Positions 13,441-27,185 are shown, numbered from the stretch's first letter. The stretch: 64,000 bases of DNA from Lytechinus pictus (GCF_037042905.1 NC_087246.1:62496001-62560000); one strand, 5' to 3'. The notes: generated from the letters alone by a model not told the origin. A program made the numbers and translations.

Positions 13441-14840
13441 TGTATTCAATAGATGCTGAGAAAGAATTAATTTTTTGTAACATACAAATCGATTATTGTT
13501 TTCACTAGTGACACAATGAGCCGCCATAATTAAGGGGGGCACAACACAACCCATTCAAAATGAAATTTTGAAAACATAATTTTTGTGATTGATTTTTAAG
13601 AAGAATAACATCACATTCCTGTAGGAGTGGGCTATATGTTGGTCAAAATGATATGGTGTAAACTGTAAACATGCTGAGTTATCAATTAAATCGTTTTAAA
13701 GTGTAGATTTTGATAAGTTCTACTTCTAGTAAAATGTGTCTGTTGAAGTTTTTTAAGATGAAAACACCTTTACCATTCTGATTTGCAAGGTTATAATTTC
13801 ATGCTGTTAGATGAGACTCACCAGACTTGAGAGTGAATAATTTGCACAGCTTAGAGGTCAGGGAACAGGTTTGGAATTCGGGGGGGGGGGGGTGAACATG
13901 CATAAACTTGATTAAGAAATAATTTGATTGTCATTTTCACAGTTTTTTTATAACAGCCTCCCCTGGTTCTGCAGACATTAGCTTAAATGTAAATCTGTGT
14001 TTGTCCTCCAAAATTTATAAATGGCATGACATTCACATTGTTTATTAGAAAAACTTTAAAAGGATAAACTCTGATTAAAAATGATTATTGTCATATATTT
14101 TTTTACTTTCGAGAGAAATACAGAAAATGTTGAAAATTTGATTGAATCTGATAAATTCATAGAAATTTTGTCTACATTGAAATCAATATTTTATGAAAAT
14201 GCACATGTCTTTTTTTATGGGACTATCTAAATTACGGCACAGGAAAGAAATAAAAAAGCACCAAAATATCTAGGGCCAAATTTAAGCCCCTGCCCTTAAT
14301 TATAGACTATCAAAACTTGTTTTTTGTTTGGCCCATAAAAGAGCAAGAACATTTCACCCATGATAATGTAAGTTGACTTTCAAGAAACTAATAATGCAAG
14401 CCCCAGTCAGTTTCTCAAGAGATGCATATATTCCTGTTGTGGAAAGTGTCAGATTTTGTTTGATTAACCTGTGACTCGGTGACAGACGTAGACTGGCAGG
14501 TCATCTTGTTTCAATTTCTTGTGATCAGAAAAAAATAGGAATAAGATTCACATTCACAAGTATGTTCTTCAGCTCAGCAGGTCAGTTATTGACTCCTGTC
14601 TGGTAGGACAATAACCTTTTGTAACATTTATATTGGCCCTTGTTTCAAGCAATTTTTAGACCAGATTATGCAACATGTATTATGTACCTCAATTTCTCTC
14701 AAGTTATACAGATTTCTGCTGTCCCAAAAGATTGAAATAGATACATGTAGCTCTCCTTCATTAATGTGGAACTTGGTATGGTGACGTGTTGCTTAGATTA
14801 CTCTCTTTTTCAGTTCTTTGTACAAATTGCCACTGAAATA

Positions 14841-15071
14841 TAGCCTTTTGACAAGGCCTTGTGACCTGGCTATATTGCTCGTCAAGTAGTGGCTGAGATG
14901 AGACTAGCTGTCCATGAAGGGAGTAAATATTCTTTTAGAAGGCAAATGCTGTTAAAATAAACACCAACCGAGTCTATAGAAAAACCCGGTTAAACGCGTG
15001 ATTAAATCTTCATTCTGTTTTAGGCATTTGATAAACATCATAAAACAGACACGGGCCTTGTCTAAAGGCTA
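14841..15071. mobile_element. MITE with TAGCC termini (Academ-like)
   Basis: tagccttttgacaaggcc at the left end and ggccttgtctaaaggcta at the right end. Confidence 0.55.
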
Positions 15072-15499
15072 CATGTAGCTCAAATGCTGCTCAGAAGGCG
15101 CTCAGCTCAGCTCTAAACCCTCCCCCCTTGCAACATATCCATTCACAAGCACAGTCAGAGCATGGAGGCAGTGCTCTTGCACCCATAATTTGCGCAATCT
15201 ATTTTGTTAGCTTCCCCGCAGCCCTATGCATACCAATGATGTCAGAGATGTACTCTCACAACTTCTTTTGAATGTTATGTAATTTAAAAGATTCATCATT
15301 CAGTTTATTGTGAATTAGACAAGCAGTGAGGAGTTTGTTTTCTCACCAAAGCTATAATAATTGAAATACCAAAGAATTATTGAATTTGTGTCATCACAAA
15401 CTTTCTCACTTGCATACATGACTCCATACCAGGATTTATGTGCAACACTGTTCTGTAGAAATCAGTGAAACTGAGCAATAACTTTCTTATTAAATGTTC

Positions 15500-16175
15500 A
15501 TTTGAACTAAAATTAATTTGATCTAATCTAATAAATAAAATAAATCCAACAAGCAGAATGTGGAAAATTCCATCAAAATCTAATAACAAAGTTATTGAAG
15601 TTTTTAATATTATAGCAATATTTTGTAAATATCAGTTACATGCATGCCATCTTGAATATTCAATTGGTGGGCTGGTGATATCATGTCCTGACTTTCCTTC
15701 TCTTATGATATGAAATCTTAAAGTCATTTCATACTTCCATGGTCTGTGAGTGTGATCTCCATCTTCCTTGTTACATAATAAGTTTCAGCATTGATTATCT
15801 TAATTGAAGTTGTCAATCTAATTTGTTTATCCTTGGTGTACAAAATTTGAATAAATATGATTTCTATAAGAATAAATAGGGATATATTTCTCATAAATTT
15901 GTTCATTGCATATTCATGAAGACATGCATAAAACTATTTTACAGAAATAATGCCAAATGTATGAAATGTCATAACTTTTTTATTCCTTGCCTGATGTTGA
16001 TTCAAAATTTTTGGTGTTTTGTTTGTCAGATTTCACTTTGTCACTTTAAGTGTTATTATTTTCAGCCTTTGCCCTTTGAGTCCCCCAATAATTTGATGAA
16101 GTTTTCAGTTTTGGCTTGATCGATTTTTTTCTATTTATTCAAATTTCAAATCAAATTTGCTCAGGGTTGGACTTG
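15500..16175. mobile_element. Degraded relic of the Kolobok/T2-type MITE family
   Basis: Diverged matches to the 40-650 element (aaattccatcaaaatc; aaatgtcataactt; tttgatgaagttttcag...gggttggacttgtc). Confidence 0.55.
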
Positions 16176-16404
16176 TCGTCTCCTTGTTACCCATTGATTT
16201 CTCAGTCACCTCAGTTCATCCACAGAAATCCAAAGGGCTTAATGTTTAGACTAACAGGAGACAGATTCCATAAACTCATTGAAATTGTCATTCCTGTTCA
16301 TTTTTCCAAGGATTTTCTTTTATTGTTTGGATTCTTATCATTTTTTTTTTCATTGATCATTTTCAGGTTTTTCTTTGGTTTCTGGTAGCATCACAGCCAT
16401 CACC

Positions 16405-16419
16405 ATGGCCTCCCTGTAA
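16405..16419 (+). promoter_or_regulatory. uORF (MASL*) in the CEBPG 5' leader
   Basis: caccATGGCCTCCCTGTAA in strong Kozak context, downstream of the acceptor at 16366 and 100 nt before the main ATG. Confidence 0.55.
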
Positions 16420-16519
16420 AGCGGTGTGGTAAGTTAGCTTCCTACCATCCCGTGCGGAATACAGATCAGCCACAGTGAATAGCTATCTGCATCACAGTCA
16501 GCCTTGTAGCCCCTAAGAT

Positions 16520-17203
16520 ATGGCATCATCAGTTAAGTCCTCTCCGTTGCTTGGACGCAACATCAAGCAAGAGGCTGTTGTACATGTGATCTGCAAGTCT
16601 CCACCCAGTGAATTGTCAGCAAGTAGCGCTTCCTCATTTGTACCACCTGTAACAGGCAAAGAGGTAGTTGTTGTCACTGAAGACATGCCATCAACGAGCA
16701 ACTCACCATCAGGACAGGAGACTGGCCAATCAAAAAACATGTGTCCTGACTCTACGGGCATCGACTCGGCCAAAGATGAACGCAAGGCTGGCGGCGGGAA
16801 GGTAGGAAGCAGTTCCAAGAAGAAGATGTGCGAGAAGGACAGCGACGAGTACAAACGCCGCAGGGAGCGCAACAATGAGGCAGTGCGGAAGAGTCGGCAG
16901 AAGAGCCGACAGAAGGCCAGCGAGACGGAGATGCGAGTGACAGAGCTGAAGAAGGAGAATGCAGACCTGGAGCAGAGGGTCACCTTGCTCCACAAGGAGC
17001 TGGAGCTACTGAAGGACCTGTTCCTGACTCATGCTAATGAGCTCCCAGATCCAAGTACCACTTTTGGGCTCTTCAGTGCTAACCCAAACCTGGGGTCCAG
17101 TTCTCCTAACCCAGCCCTCTCTCGTGTTGTCCTTAAAACTGATACCTTGACTGTGTCCTTGTCCTGTAAGAATGTCCCAGAGAGCATCACTACCACAACA
17201 TGA
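16520..17203 (+). CDS. CEBPG: CCAAT/enhancer-binding protein gamma (bZIP)
   Basis: C/EBP basic region DSDEYKRRRERNNEAVRKSR followed by a leucine zipper ending ELELLKDLF; short protein with no C/EBP alpha/beta-type activation domain; single coding exon. Confidence 0.9.
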   Translation: MASSVKSSPLLGRNIKQEAVVHVICKSPPSELSASSASSFVPPVTGKEVVVVTEDMPSTSNSPSGQETGQSKNMCPDSTGIDSAKDERKAGGGKVGSSSKKKMCEKDSDEYKRRRERNNEAVRKSRQKSRQKASETEMRVTELKKENADLEQRVTLLHKELELLKDLFLTHANELPDPSTTFGLFSANPNLGSSSPNPALSRVVLKTDTLTVSLSCKNVPESITTTT

Positions 17204-19903
17204 CCTACATTTGACCTTTTGCCAACAAGGTTGTAAAATTTGTGTAAATAATAGTTAGTGGTTACATTTATCCATTGGATCAATTTTTAAGAAAGACTTG
17301 TAGTGCTAAGCACTTTTAATAGATAAAAATTGCATGTATTATGTGGTATTTGCTTTTGGGACATCAGAATCACTTCACTGTGATTTACATTGTTGGTGAA
17401 TATTGTAAGAAATGCATTGCAAATATTAAAGAACTTGAGATGGGTGAAATGTTAAAAATCTAAATAATAAAATTTTTCAATTTTGCTTATTTGCACAAAA
17501 TAGTGATGTGCACATCATTTGTCATATGAAAATAAACCGATGGCATCACACATTCACTTTTTCTAAAATTAAAAAAAAATATTTCAGATATTTCAATTTT
17601 TCCTATTGTAAAATTTGGTTTGGTCGCTCATATATAATCATTATAATTTATTGTGATGTGATGGAGATCTTTATCATCAAATCTATATAAGATGTGATAT
17701 TTTTTATAACATGGGATGACATTACTGTGACATCATCGTTCCCTTTTTTGCATAACAACTAGGTGTACATGTATGTACATGTAATTATTTCATAAAAAAT
17801 AAGTAGTATTAAAAAAATGCCATAATTTTGTTATGTTGCATCCATTCATTATGATATTTTCAGTTCTATGCTTGTCTGATTTTATCTGTATTTGTTTTTA
17901 GTTTGTTATTAAGGAAAACTTGGCGTATAAAGGTAAATATGATGTCGGCGCGGTGGAAGCTAATGAAAGACAGAATGGTAAAAGGAAAAGTATTCTGAGG
18001 ACCTTGTCAACTCAATAATAACCAATTTTATATAAAGTTGTGTTAAGTCATGAAGCATGTGATCTTGTTTAGTAGCTCAATTCATGTACTGCTATTTGAT
18101 TTGAAGTATAATTCCACATGATCAAAAGAAGTCAACTCACTTCAGGGTTAATGCCAAACCAAACATGCTGATAGTCCTTAAATGGGAGAAGTTCATAATT
18201 CAAGAGTGCTTTCTTTTATTCAACTACCATTATCTGTAATTGGCATATTGTCTGATTTGGCACACTTTTTTTCTGCGAAACTGGCATTATTTTCTGGTAA
18301 TTTGGTTACCTAGGTGTTAAGCCATGATATGTGTACAAAAAATGCCTCGTGGCCCCTGCAGTTTGGGGGGGGGGCTTGAAAGTCTGTGTAATACAGGCAA
18401 GCTCTCCTACTGGAGATGTCGATCACATGTTTGGTGTTCTGATATACATGTAGGCCCTTGGGTTTTATTCATACTGTCTACTTGTGATATTTTAATATTT
18501 TTATAAATTTTTGTAAAATTTACGATTCCCTTTTTTTTATTCTAAGAAAGAATAGTTTAAAGTAATTTTTTTTTCTCTCTCTCTCTACAACATATTTTTA
18601 TAAGACTACATGTCCTTACATGATCATAATATCTATTTGAGTAATTTAGGAAATTGAGCTGATGCTATTGGAAGTGACAGTTATAATTAATATTTGGACA
18701 ATGAAAAATAGAAAAATCTTAATTTTACTGCTTGTACACCTGTCTGTCCACCATCATCTTGTTCATGTGTATGTATATAGAAAGAAAGGCCCTGTCACAC
18801 TCTGCTGTTTAACTATATTAGACTTTGTAATTTCTTCTGCTGGGACACAGAAGTACTTGACAGATTGCTCTAGCTTTCAACGTGTTCAAATTTTAATTGT
18901 TTGTTTTCTGTTAGTGTCAGCATATAATGTGCTGGTCAATATTCAGTGTCTGAGACACATAATTGTAAAATGGCAGTCTGTGACACTGTCTGAGAGTTAG
19001 ATGATGAGGTTCATTATTGAAAAGATTTTCAGATTCCAACACTTAATGCTGCATCGTGTTGAATTTGGAAAGTATCTTGCAATTTCCAATAATTTTGTAC
19101 AAAAAGTTTATAAACCATGCTTCAAGTTTAAGCAATTCCCACAAGATTCATGTTTGTTGTTTCTACAGTATTTCATGTCATTTTTATATTTCATTTTGAT
19201 TAATTTACATAAATTAGTTTGGTAACTTAATATCTAGATGAATTTACTCTTGTCGAATGATTGAATTTAATATTCAGCAATCCCCTCCCCTGCAATTAGC
19301 AGTACAGAAATACTATGAATGATATGGATAACCCCCCCCCCCCTCCCATAAGGATAATTAAATATCTGTATAATAGATTATGTGATGGTCTGGTCATAAT
19401 GTAGGCTTTGTTTGAACAGGAAACACCTAGCTCCAATCTGAAACTTGGTAATATAATAATGTTTATCAATATTACATTAGCCCAGTTATTCAAATTTTGC
19501 ATTGTATGACTGTGTTTGTACCAAATTCATCATAAGTGAGTGCACTTCCCATGGATATGTTTTTTTTTCTTCTGTTTTTATTACAATAAATTGAAATATT
19601 AATTAATTAATGACAGTGCATATTACATTATCAATATCATCTAGCATTTCTATGTGCTTCCAAAGGACTTTGGATATTATTACCCAGGCATAACTTTGCC
19701 TGCAGCTTCTTTCATAATTTAAATGCAACATGGTCATACTAAATGATGGTGTCTTGCCATGGCTTATCTACTCTTTGAACAGTTGGAGTTCAAAATAATC
19801 TTTTGGTGAAGTGCTGCACAGAAAAGTTTATGTTTCTTTTGGAGGGAAGGGGGTGTACATGTATAACTTCTGATGGATACTGTAACACAAACTTCTCCAA
19901 CTA

Positions 19904-20091
19904 CCATCAAACCTGTCTAAGACCAGCCAACTGACCTAAGGAATAAACAAAATTGCCACTACAGACAGTTGGCCTTCATGGACAGGCTCTATAACATATT
20001 CCTTTCAAATGGGGGACAATTTTGGTGGTCACTGACCACTAAACACTAAATTTCACTTTAGAAAGGGTGGCTGCTAAGACAGGTTTGTCTG
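19904..20091. mobile_element. Degenerate Tc1/mariner-pogo type MITE
   Basis: TA|ccatcaaacctgtctaag ... ctaagacaggtttgtctg|TA. Confidence 0.55.
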
Positions 20092-20531
20092 TACTTTGTG
20101 TTTACTTAAGTACTTTGATACATGCATGCAGAGATCATTTATTAAAACAATCAATGCAAAGAATGAGTGTTATTATTTGTACAAATGAAAATGTAAGAAG
20201 ATAGTCTTTGCCAATAATGTGCTAATTGTATGTAGGTATTATTGATAATATAGCTTCTTGAAAGTTGTCCGCTCCAGTGTACATGTTATTATTTGTGTAA
20301 ATATCTTTAAAGATTAAAGTGCATTTACCCAGTATCTTTGTGATTCACCCTTGGTATGTTTTTTTATCATTGATTCTAAAGATTTAGTTGAAAGTGGAAA
20401 CTTGAATGGGTGATACACAGGTCTGTATCAATCCATCATTGGTTTCACAAACCCTCTCAAGAGGATTTCAGCAGACAGAAGCAATTAATTTTTTATATCA
20501 TTGATTTTATGCCGTCATGGTAGGACAATGA

Positions 20532-20736
20532 TGCCCTACTTTGGCAAAAGGAAGCAAGTTACAAAAGTATCATTTGTGGTAAATGAGCAATGTGTGTTCG
20601 TCATTTACATAGGCGTCAATGCAATTTAACTTCCCCAAATTTTGCAAGAACGAGCAACATACAAAGGGTGTTACAGAAACAACAATTACTCAAATTTGAC
20701 TGATGTGTCACTTTTTCCTTTTGCCAAAGTTGGGCA
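20532..20736. mobile_element. Small MITE, unclassified
   Basis: Inverted repeats tgccctactttggcaaaagga / tccttttgccaaagttgggca. Confidence 0.6.
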
Positions 20737-21047
20737 GAAAAAAATGAATGTACTGTGATTCTGACATTTTATAAGATAAACACATTCTATTCCAAATATT
20801 TATTTATGCATTTTTAATTTGGGCATGTTAGGACACAAAAGCCTTGAACTAAAATCTCATCTATAGGCCTATCATCGCATTAATCTAGAATAAATGCAAT
20901 TGTTAGAAATGTTACTGTTTGTCAGAAAGCTATTAGCAATAAGGCATTTATTTCATGTGGAGTTTCTGGAGTATGAATAGTTCCAATCGCTTTGCATAAC
21001 GTGTGTGATTGGTTTATATAGTCCATCAGATAATCACCGTTACGAAC

Positions 21048-21634
21048 TTAAAGGGATGCTCCGGGCTGAAAATATTTATAGCTAGATAAATAGAGTGAAA
21101 TTCACAAAGTATAATGCTGAAAATTTCATGAAAATCGGATAACAAATAACTAAGTTATTTGCATTATTCCGGTGAAACAGTTCTAGGCATGTCTTCATGA
21201 ATATTCATTACATGGGCTGATGATGTCACATCCCCACTTTTCTTTTTCTTATGATATTACATGAAATCATAATTGTTTCCTTTTTTCATAAAAGTGTAAA
21301 TGATGTGTCTCCATTATCATGAAATAAGTTGCAAGAAATAACTAATGCACTTAATCAGTTGTCAATTCAATTGTTTTAGTTCTTGGTAGGAAAATTTTGA
21401 ATAAACCTAATTTCATATAACAAAATACAAAAGAACGAGTGGGGATGTGACATCATCAGCCCACCTAATGAATATTCATGAAGACATGCTTAGAACTGTT
21501 TCACGAGAATAATGCAAATTTTGAAATTCAATAACTTTGTTATCCAATTTTGATGAAATTTTCAGCATTTTGCTCTGTGAATTTTACTCTATTTATTGAG
21601 ATATAAATATTTTCAGCTCGGAGTATCCCTTTAA
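21048..21634. mobile_element. Kolobok/T2-type MITE, second subfamily
   Basis: TTAA|AGGGATGCTCCGGGCTGAAAATATTTATA ... TATAAATATTTTCAGCTCGGAGTATCCCT|TTAA; inverted repeats of about 200 bp. Confidence 0.85.
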
Positions 21635-22559
21635 CATAGAGATGAATAGGTGCCCTAAGGTGTAAGTTCCTCTGTTGCAGTAAATGTCCCTATAGCATAG
21701 CATTTAAGGTTGAGTCCTCAACGACCAGTGACTGACTAGAGGATAAGCAAATAGCATTTTCCCGTGTATTTGCTTGGACAAGCAATAACGGTCGTCACTC
21801 CAAACACTGACCCAATATATTTTATTTATTTATTTATCTATTTTTTAATTCATTTGTATTTTCATTTATTATATAGATATATATTTTTTTATGGGGGGGG
21901 GGGAGATGACTTAATGTGTCAAATTTTTGTTTCTCAAATTATAGATGGTTATAGCCTCGTTTTTACACCTCCTTTCATCCTGTTTCTTCAGAGTTTTTAA
22001 TAATTGTTCACTACTTGAAAATCACAGGGATGATCATATTAAAATAGTAAAATCAAATTTTATGATAGATTTTGACTACCGTAGATATTCATAAAATGGC
22101 ATCATACCATATTTTCTTGCGTTGTTATCCCCCCCCCCATGGGTCGTAGAACTTGGGAGGGGGTCATGGCTCTAAGTCCCCATCATTTGCAAGTAATATT
22201 GTGTTGATGTCAATGAATTGATTCTTATTGAGTACATGAGTGGGGGGATTATGAAAGAAATATATTTGGCCCTATTTTTTATGTTGTCGAAGAATACCAC
22301 TCTGAAGAAAAGTAGAAATGTAATCTATAAAAGTTGAACTAAATTTTGAGTAATAAATGGATAAATACTAGTATCGTGGAGAGCCTGGGTGAGACATTTG
22401 CAGCACTTTTTGCCCCCCCCCCCCCGCCCCCAAATGCTCATGATTGGCTCAGGATTATTTTCTACCACTCCATAATTATTCACCGATCATCATTAACATG
22501 AAATGTTCTTTTGAAACACTTCTTACAAATTAAAATATAATATGATAAAATATGATAAT

Positions 22560-22840
22560 CAGTGGCGTAATAAGCAGAAATGTTTGAGGGGGCCAAACAT
22601 GGTGTATGTCGCCAAATTTCTCAAAAGTGTGAATTGAGCGAAGCAAGCAAAAATGTTGACCCTTTTAATTAAAAAATAAAATAAAATTTTGTGATAGATT
22701 TTGATATAATGTTAGAAAAATTATATCATATTTCACCCATTTTTCGATCCTTTCTATTTCATTCATTAGTCTTTTTTTTCTTAGTTGTGAAAAGTTTGGA
22801 ATCCATGGCCTCCGAGCGCCCCAATCAGTACGCCAATCTG
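22560..22840. mobile_element. hAT-like MITE (CAGTGGCGTA...TACGCCAATCTG)
   Basis: Short inverted repeats; atgataat (22552-22559) recurs as gtgataat (22994-23001) beyond the adjacent Harbinger MITE. Confidence 0.5.
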
Positions 22841-22990
22841 GGGCCCGTTTCATAAAGAGTTACAACTGTTTTAACTTTGCCATTATTGGCAACTATAACA
22901 GGGCTCAACAGCCAATCAAAATCAAGGTTACCATGGTAGTTGCCATAATGGCAAAGTTACAACAGTTCTAACTCTTTATGAAACGGGCTC
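22841..22990. mobile_element. PIF/Harbinger-like MITE
   Basis: Near-perfect foldback gggcccgtttcataaagagttacaactgtt / aacagttctaactctttatgaaacgggctc, flanked by CTG and CAG. Confidence 0.8.
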
Positions 22991-24926
22991 CAGGTGATAA
23001 TCATGTCCGTTAAATCGGGTATATGAAAATACATGTTATGCCCAGAAAAAAAATCATAAGTAATGAGAGTATGTTCGTCGCGGATCGTCGATCAGCCCGC
23101 AGATTTGCCCCTAACAAAATGCAAGCTTTTCTTTCCAAATTAGTTATACTCATTTTCGTTTTGAATTTTAGTTAATCTCTCGAGGGTTACATATTATGAA
23201 AATCAGATTTTCACATCATACCCCATGGAAAGTGTTATGCTAAGCAAAAAAAATCAAATTGGTGCGATTATGATCGTGGCTATAGATAAGGGCACATTTG
23301 CCCCGTACATGGATTTGCAGGTTTTCTGTCCGAAACAGTTGTATTCATTTTCGCTTAATTTCCTCTTATGGACAATGAAATGCAAAAAGGTTCACATAAT
23401 ACCCCCTATCGAAATCGAAGGTTGGCGTTGTTGTAGCTAACCCCCCCCCCCCCCCCTTACATCCGTTTCTAGGCGCCCTGCATGCATGGCTTTGACCCTA
23501 TTCATCCCCACTCTATTCCCCAAAAGCTATTTTCAGCGTAATCGTGAATGGAGTGTAGAAACTGATTGGGTGCAATCCTTTCTCGTCGTATATAATCCGA
23601 GCTAAAGCTGATCCAAACAATAATTGTTCGCGCAATCAGAATACTTTGAACAGCTCTCGCAGCTCTCCCATTGACTGATGACTCTTTCTGCTCTCCAACC
23701 CAATGATTTTACACCGAAGGATTGGCCGATTGGTCTCGCGGTACGAGCGCAAACACTGAATGTATCAAACACTAACACTGTGCGAAGTTAGTCTTGATTT
23801 ACAAACCTTTTCATTTCTGGATGATACCAATTACCTCCATGTATATTTTCATGATTCTGACAAAAAAAAAATTGAAGGTTTACACATCATCCATTTGCCC
23901 AATCGATAAACTGGTCTTTCGAAGCTCGTCTTGAGATTTTTTCCCCTAATTTTTTTCTCTCTCTCTCTTCGAGCAGCTATGGGCTTCCGGATGGGCCTAC
24001 AATTGCCAGGGGAAAATGCATCAGTGCAATAAGACAATTGCTTGTCAAATGACACAATCCACGGTATATTTTATCTTAAATAATTGAATTCAATGTGAAT
24101 AAGATATTGTTTGATTGTAATTGCACTGTAGGGCCTACATTCATTTTCCTATATTAATTTTTCAAAATTCAAATACTGGGCCTAAAGCTGACTCCCTGCA
24201 TAATATAAGCATAGGCACAGGCGTATCTACATGTATAATTATAGGGGTAAGGGGCCCTAGGCAAGTGCCCACTTTGGTCATAACAAAAAATGGAAAGGAA
24301 CGGGAAGTACAAAAAGAAAAAAAAGAACAGAAAAACATCTTGCAATGGTTTCTTTCATGGCCGTTCGCATAATTTTTTCGCTGGGGGGAGGGTGCAGCAC
24401 GCGTTTACTTTTTCGAATTTTTTTTACAGCAACCGAGCTTGTCATTAGGGCGCTCTTGCATTTTGTAGAATGAAATTGAAGAATTTCATGCATACCTTGG
24501 ATGAATTTTGTGAAAATTTTCAGTAAGATTTTTTTTCTTCAAAATTCAGTCGGGGGGGGGGGGGGGGGGGCTAAGTCCGGCCAACTGCCCCCCCCCCCCC
24601 GCTGCGTATGGCTGTATATGGTTTCTTTTCCACAGATCTAATCATCCAATTACCCCCTATTACCAAAACTCGGTCTATATAAACCACTGAACATCTAAGT
24701 AGCTAAAAGTTGAAAGATTAGAGCTACCCATCGTTTCATGTTTTGGCCCAGTTTTTTTAATTGGTGCAATATTGAAAACCCTCAGGCACCGATTTTGCTG
24801 GATATGATCATACTGAGAGTATGCACTTATAAACGGTTTGATTTGTACGCCTAATCCATCCGCCTCGACATAGAACACCAAAGAAAACCTTTGCGCGGCG
24901 AGCTCCATTCATAGCAGGTGCAACGA

Positions 24927-25296
24927 GTATCCATGGAGATAGCACTACGGGGAGCGCCCTCGCCGTAACGACAACACAAGCTTCGCCAGTTTGCCATTAG
25001 CAATCAACGAGGTCACGGAGGCCTGACGTGTGGAATTTTTCTCAGCGACAAAGAACTCAGAAATCAACCGAAAATGTTCAAAAATACGTTTCAAAGTGGA
25101 TTCCTGTCGATTCTATACAGCATCGGCAGCAAACCCCTTCAGATCTGGGATAAGAAGGTGAGTTTTGGGGTATTTTTGACGATTTTATTATAATGGGGAA
25201 TCCGGCATGCGCGCCTTTCTTGTCAACGAGTACACCCCTCCATATTGGTTGTGGTAGTGGTATGCATGCACGGAGAAAGGGGTGTTGCTTAGCAGC
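24927..25296 (+). promoter_or_regulatory. CFAP20-A promoter and intron-1 RFX X-box-like motifs
   Basis: GTATCCATGGAGAT (24927-24940) and GTTGCTTAGCAGC (25284-25296) in a CpG-rich patch around exon 1. Confidence 0.5.
25074..25157 (+). CDS. CFAP20: CFAP20 copy A, coding exon 1 ([28 protein letters not shown])
   Basis: Manual translation matches the conserved CFAP20/BUG22 N-terminus; donor GTGAG. Confidence 0.96.
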
Positions 25297-26182
25297 AGCA
25301 ATGGAGGAGCGATCATGTGCCAAACAGTAACCCGCTGGTCCCGGTGCCTCTGATTTATGTTGTATCCTCTTAGGAATGGTTGTGATTTCTACTGTTTTGT
25401 TGATATGATTAAAAAAGGAATCATATATATGTTTCTTAAACCTGATTCAATTAAATCAATTTCTTTCAATTGTATATCCAAATACAACATACATGTACAT
25501 GTTAATTTGGGAAGCCAGAATCCAATTTCACTTTTCATGTTTTTTATGAATCGTGATTCTGAAGAAATGTGGATGTGTGAAACCAATAAACCCTCTTCAC
25601 TTTTGATAATCCAAAGTAAATTGCAGAAATTAGAAATCTGTTGAAAATACTTTAGTTCATTTTCAGAACCTAACTCTGATTCAGCCTGAAAGGAAAATTC
25701 AAAGTTATGAGTTTATTATTCCATTGTCAGATAAATTATTTCTAAACTCTAAATTTAAAGTTATTTTGTCAATCATGAATGTTTTTTTTTAATTCTGGTT
25801 GCTATGATTGATTATTATTTGTTATTTAGGATTTTTTTTATTATTATAAGTTGTGCTTGATAGAATTCTTGGTTTCTTTGTTGTGATATAGCCTATACAT
25901 AGTAGTTTATATCCTTCTTCCCCTTGATTGTGACAAACAGCTTTTATGATAATTATACCTTAATATTGATAAGTAGTATATAAATAGTATATTAACCATT
26001 GAAACTTTTTTTTTATTTTAGTGACGGTACATATGAAATTCTACTAGAGTCAAGAATTGTACAATGTATTATGTTTTGTTTCTGTTATATATTCCACTTA
26101 AGCCTTAATGAAAGATAAGGAATATCAATATATATAATTTTACTGATTTTGATGAATTTTCATTTTTTTTCCCCCTTAACAG

Positions 26183-26497
26183 GTCAGAAATGGACACATA
26201 AAAAGAATAACTGATAACGACATCCAGTCATTAGTTCTTGAAATAGTCGGCACAAATGTTAGTACCACATTCATCACATGTCCTTCAGAACCAAAAAAGA
26301 CCCTTGGTATCAAGCTCCCATTTTTAGTCATGATCATCAAGAATCTCAAGAAGTACTTCACGTTTGAGGTCCAGGTTCTCGACGATAAGAACGTCAGGAG
26401 ACGTTTCAGGGCGAGCAACTACCAGAGTACGACGCGTGTCAAGCCTTTCATCTGCACAATGCCCATGAGACTAGATGACGGCTGGAATCAAATTCAG
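26183..26497 (+). CDS. CFAP20: CFAP20 copy A, coding exon 2 (VRNGHIK...GWNQIQ)
   Basis: Canonical AG/GT boundaries, 105 codons of CFAP20 sequence. Confidence 0.96.
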
Positions 26498-27185
26498 GTA
26501 GTTATTTTGTTTTATTGAAATAATTTGAAAGTATTGATTATTATTTATAAGTTTATGTCACTTATTTACATGCCAAGTTTGTCTCTTTTAGTATTATTAC
26601 ATCTTTGCCGACCCTATTATGAGGCCTAATCATCTCTATAAAATGTATATTTTTACCCTCAAACAAGTTCATACCCTACAATTTTTGGTAATACGGGTGA
26701 AATCCATTTCAGTATAGAGCGATTCACATTTTGTCAATTCCCTTTCGAACAAAAAAAATCTGAGAAATGTATCTGAGTATGAAATTATATTGATAGCACA
26801 TGTATTGAAATTTATCAGTAGGCATAATTACTTTTGCCCCTTTTATTGGGTTGAAAGTGATATTGTATACAAAATTAGACTTAGTAATATATTTTTTTTC
26901 AATTAAATGGATGATTATTCAATAGTGATATGCTACTCAACATTGTAAATGCTAGGAAGCTCTATCAGCGGAACAAATATGAAAGTGGGGGGGGGGGGAC
27001 TGACCATGCAAACAATCGCAATCAGATGGTAATTTTTACTTTTTTGTACACAGTTTAAAAAAAGTGGTGGCTGAAACCCACCCAGTGCCCCCCCCCCCCC
27101 CCCCGGTTCTGTGGGCCCTAATTCAGATGTTATCTCACTACCATTTTCTATTAACGATTCCTGTTTTTCTCCCTTTAACACACAG

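Noticed and set aside
24551-24600. Poly-G and poly-C tracts as dedicated G-quadruplex elements
   Set aside because: Such runs are scattered through the window, mostly near ends of decayed DNA transposons; no specific function can be supported
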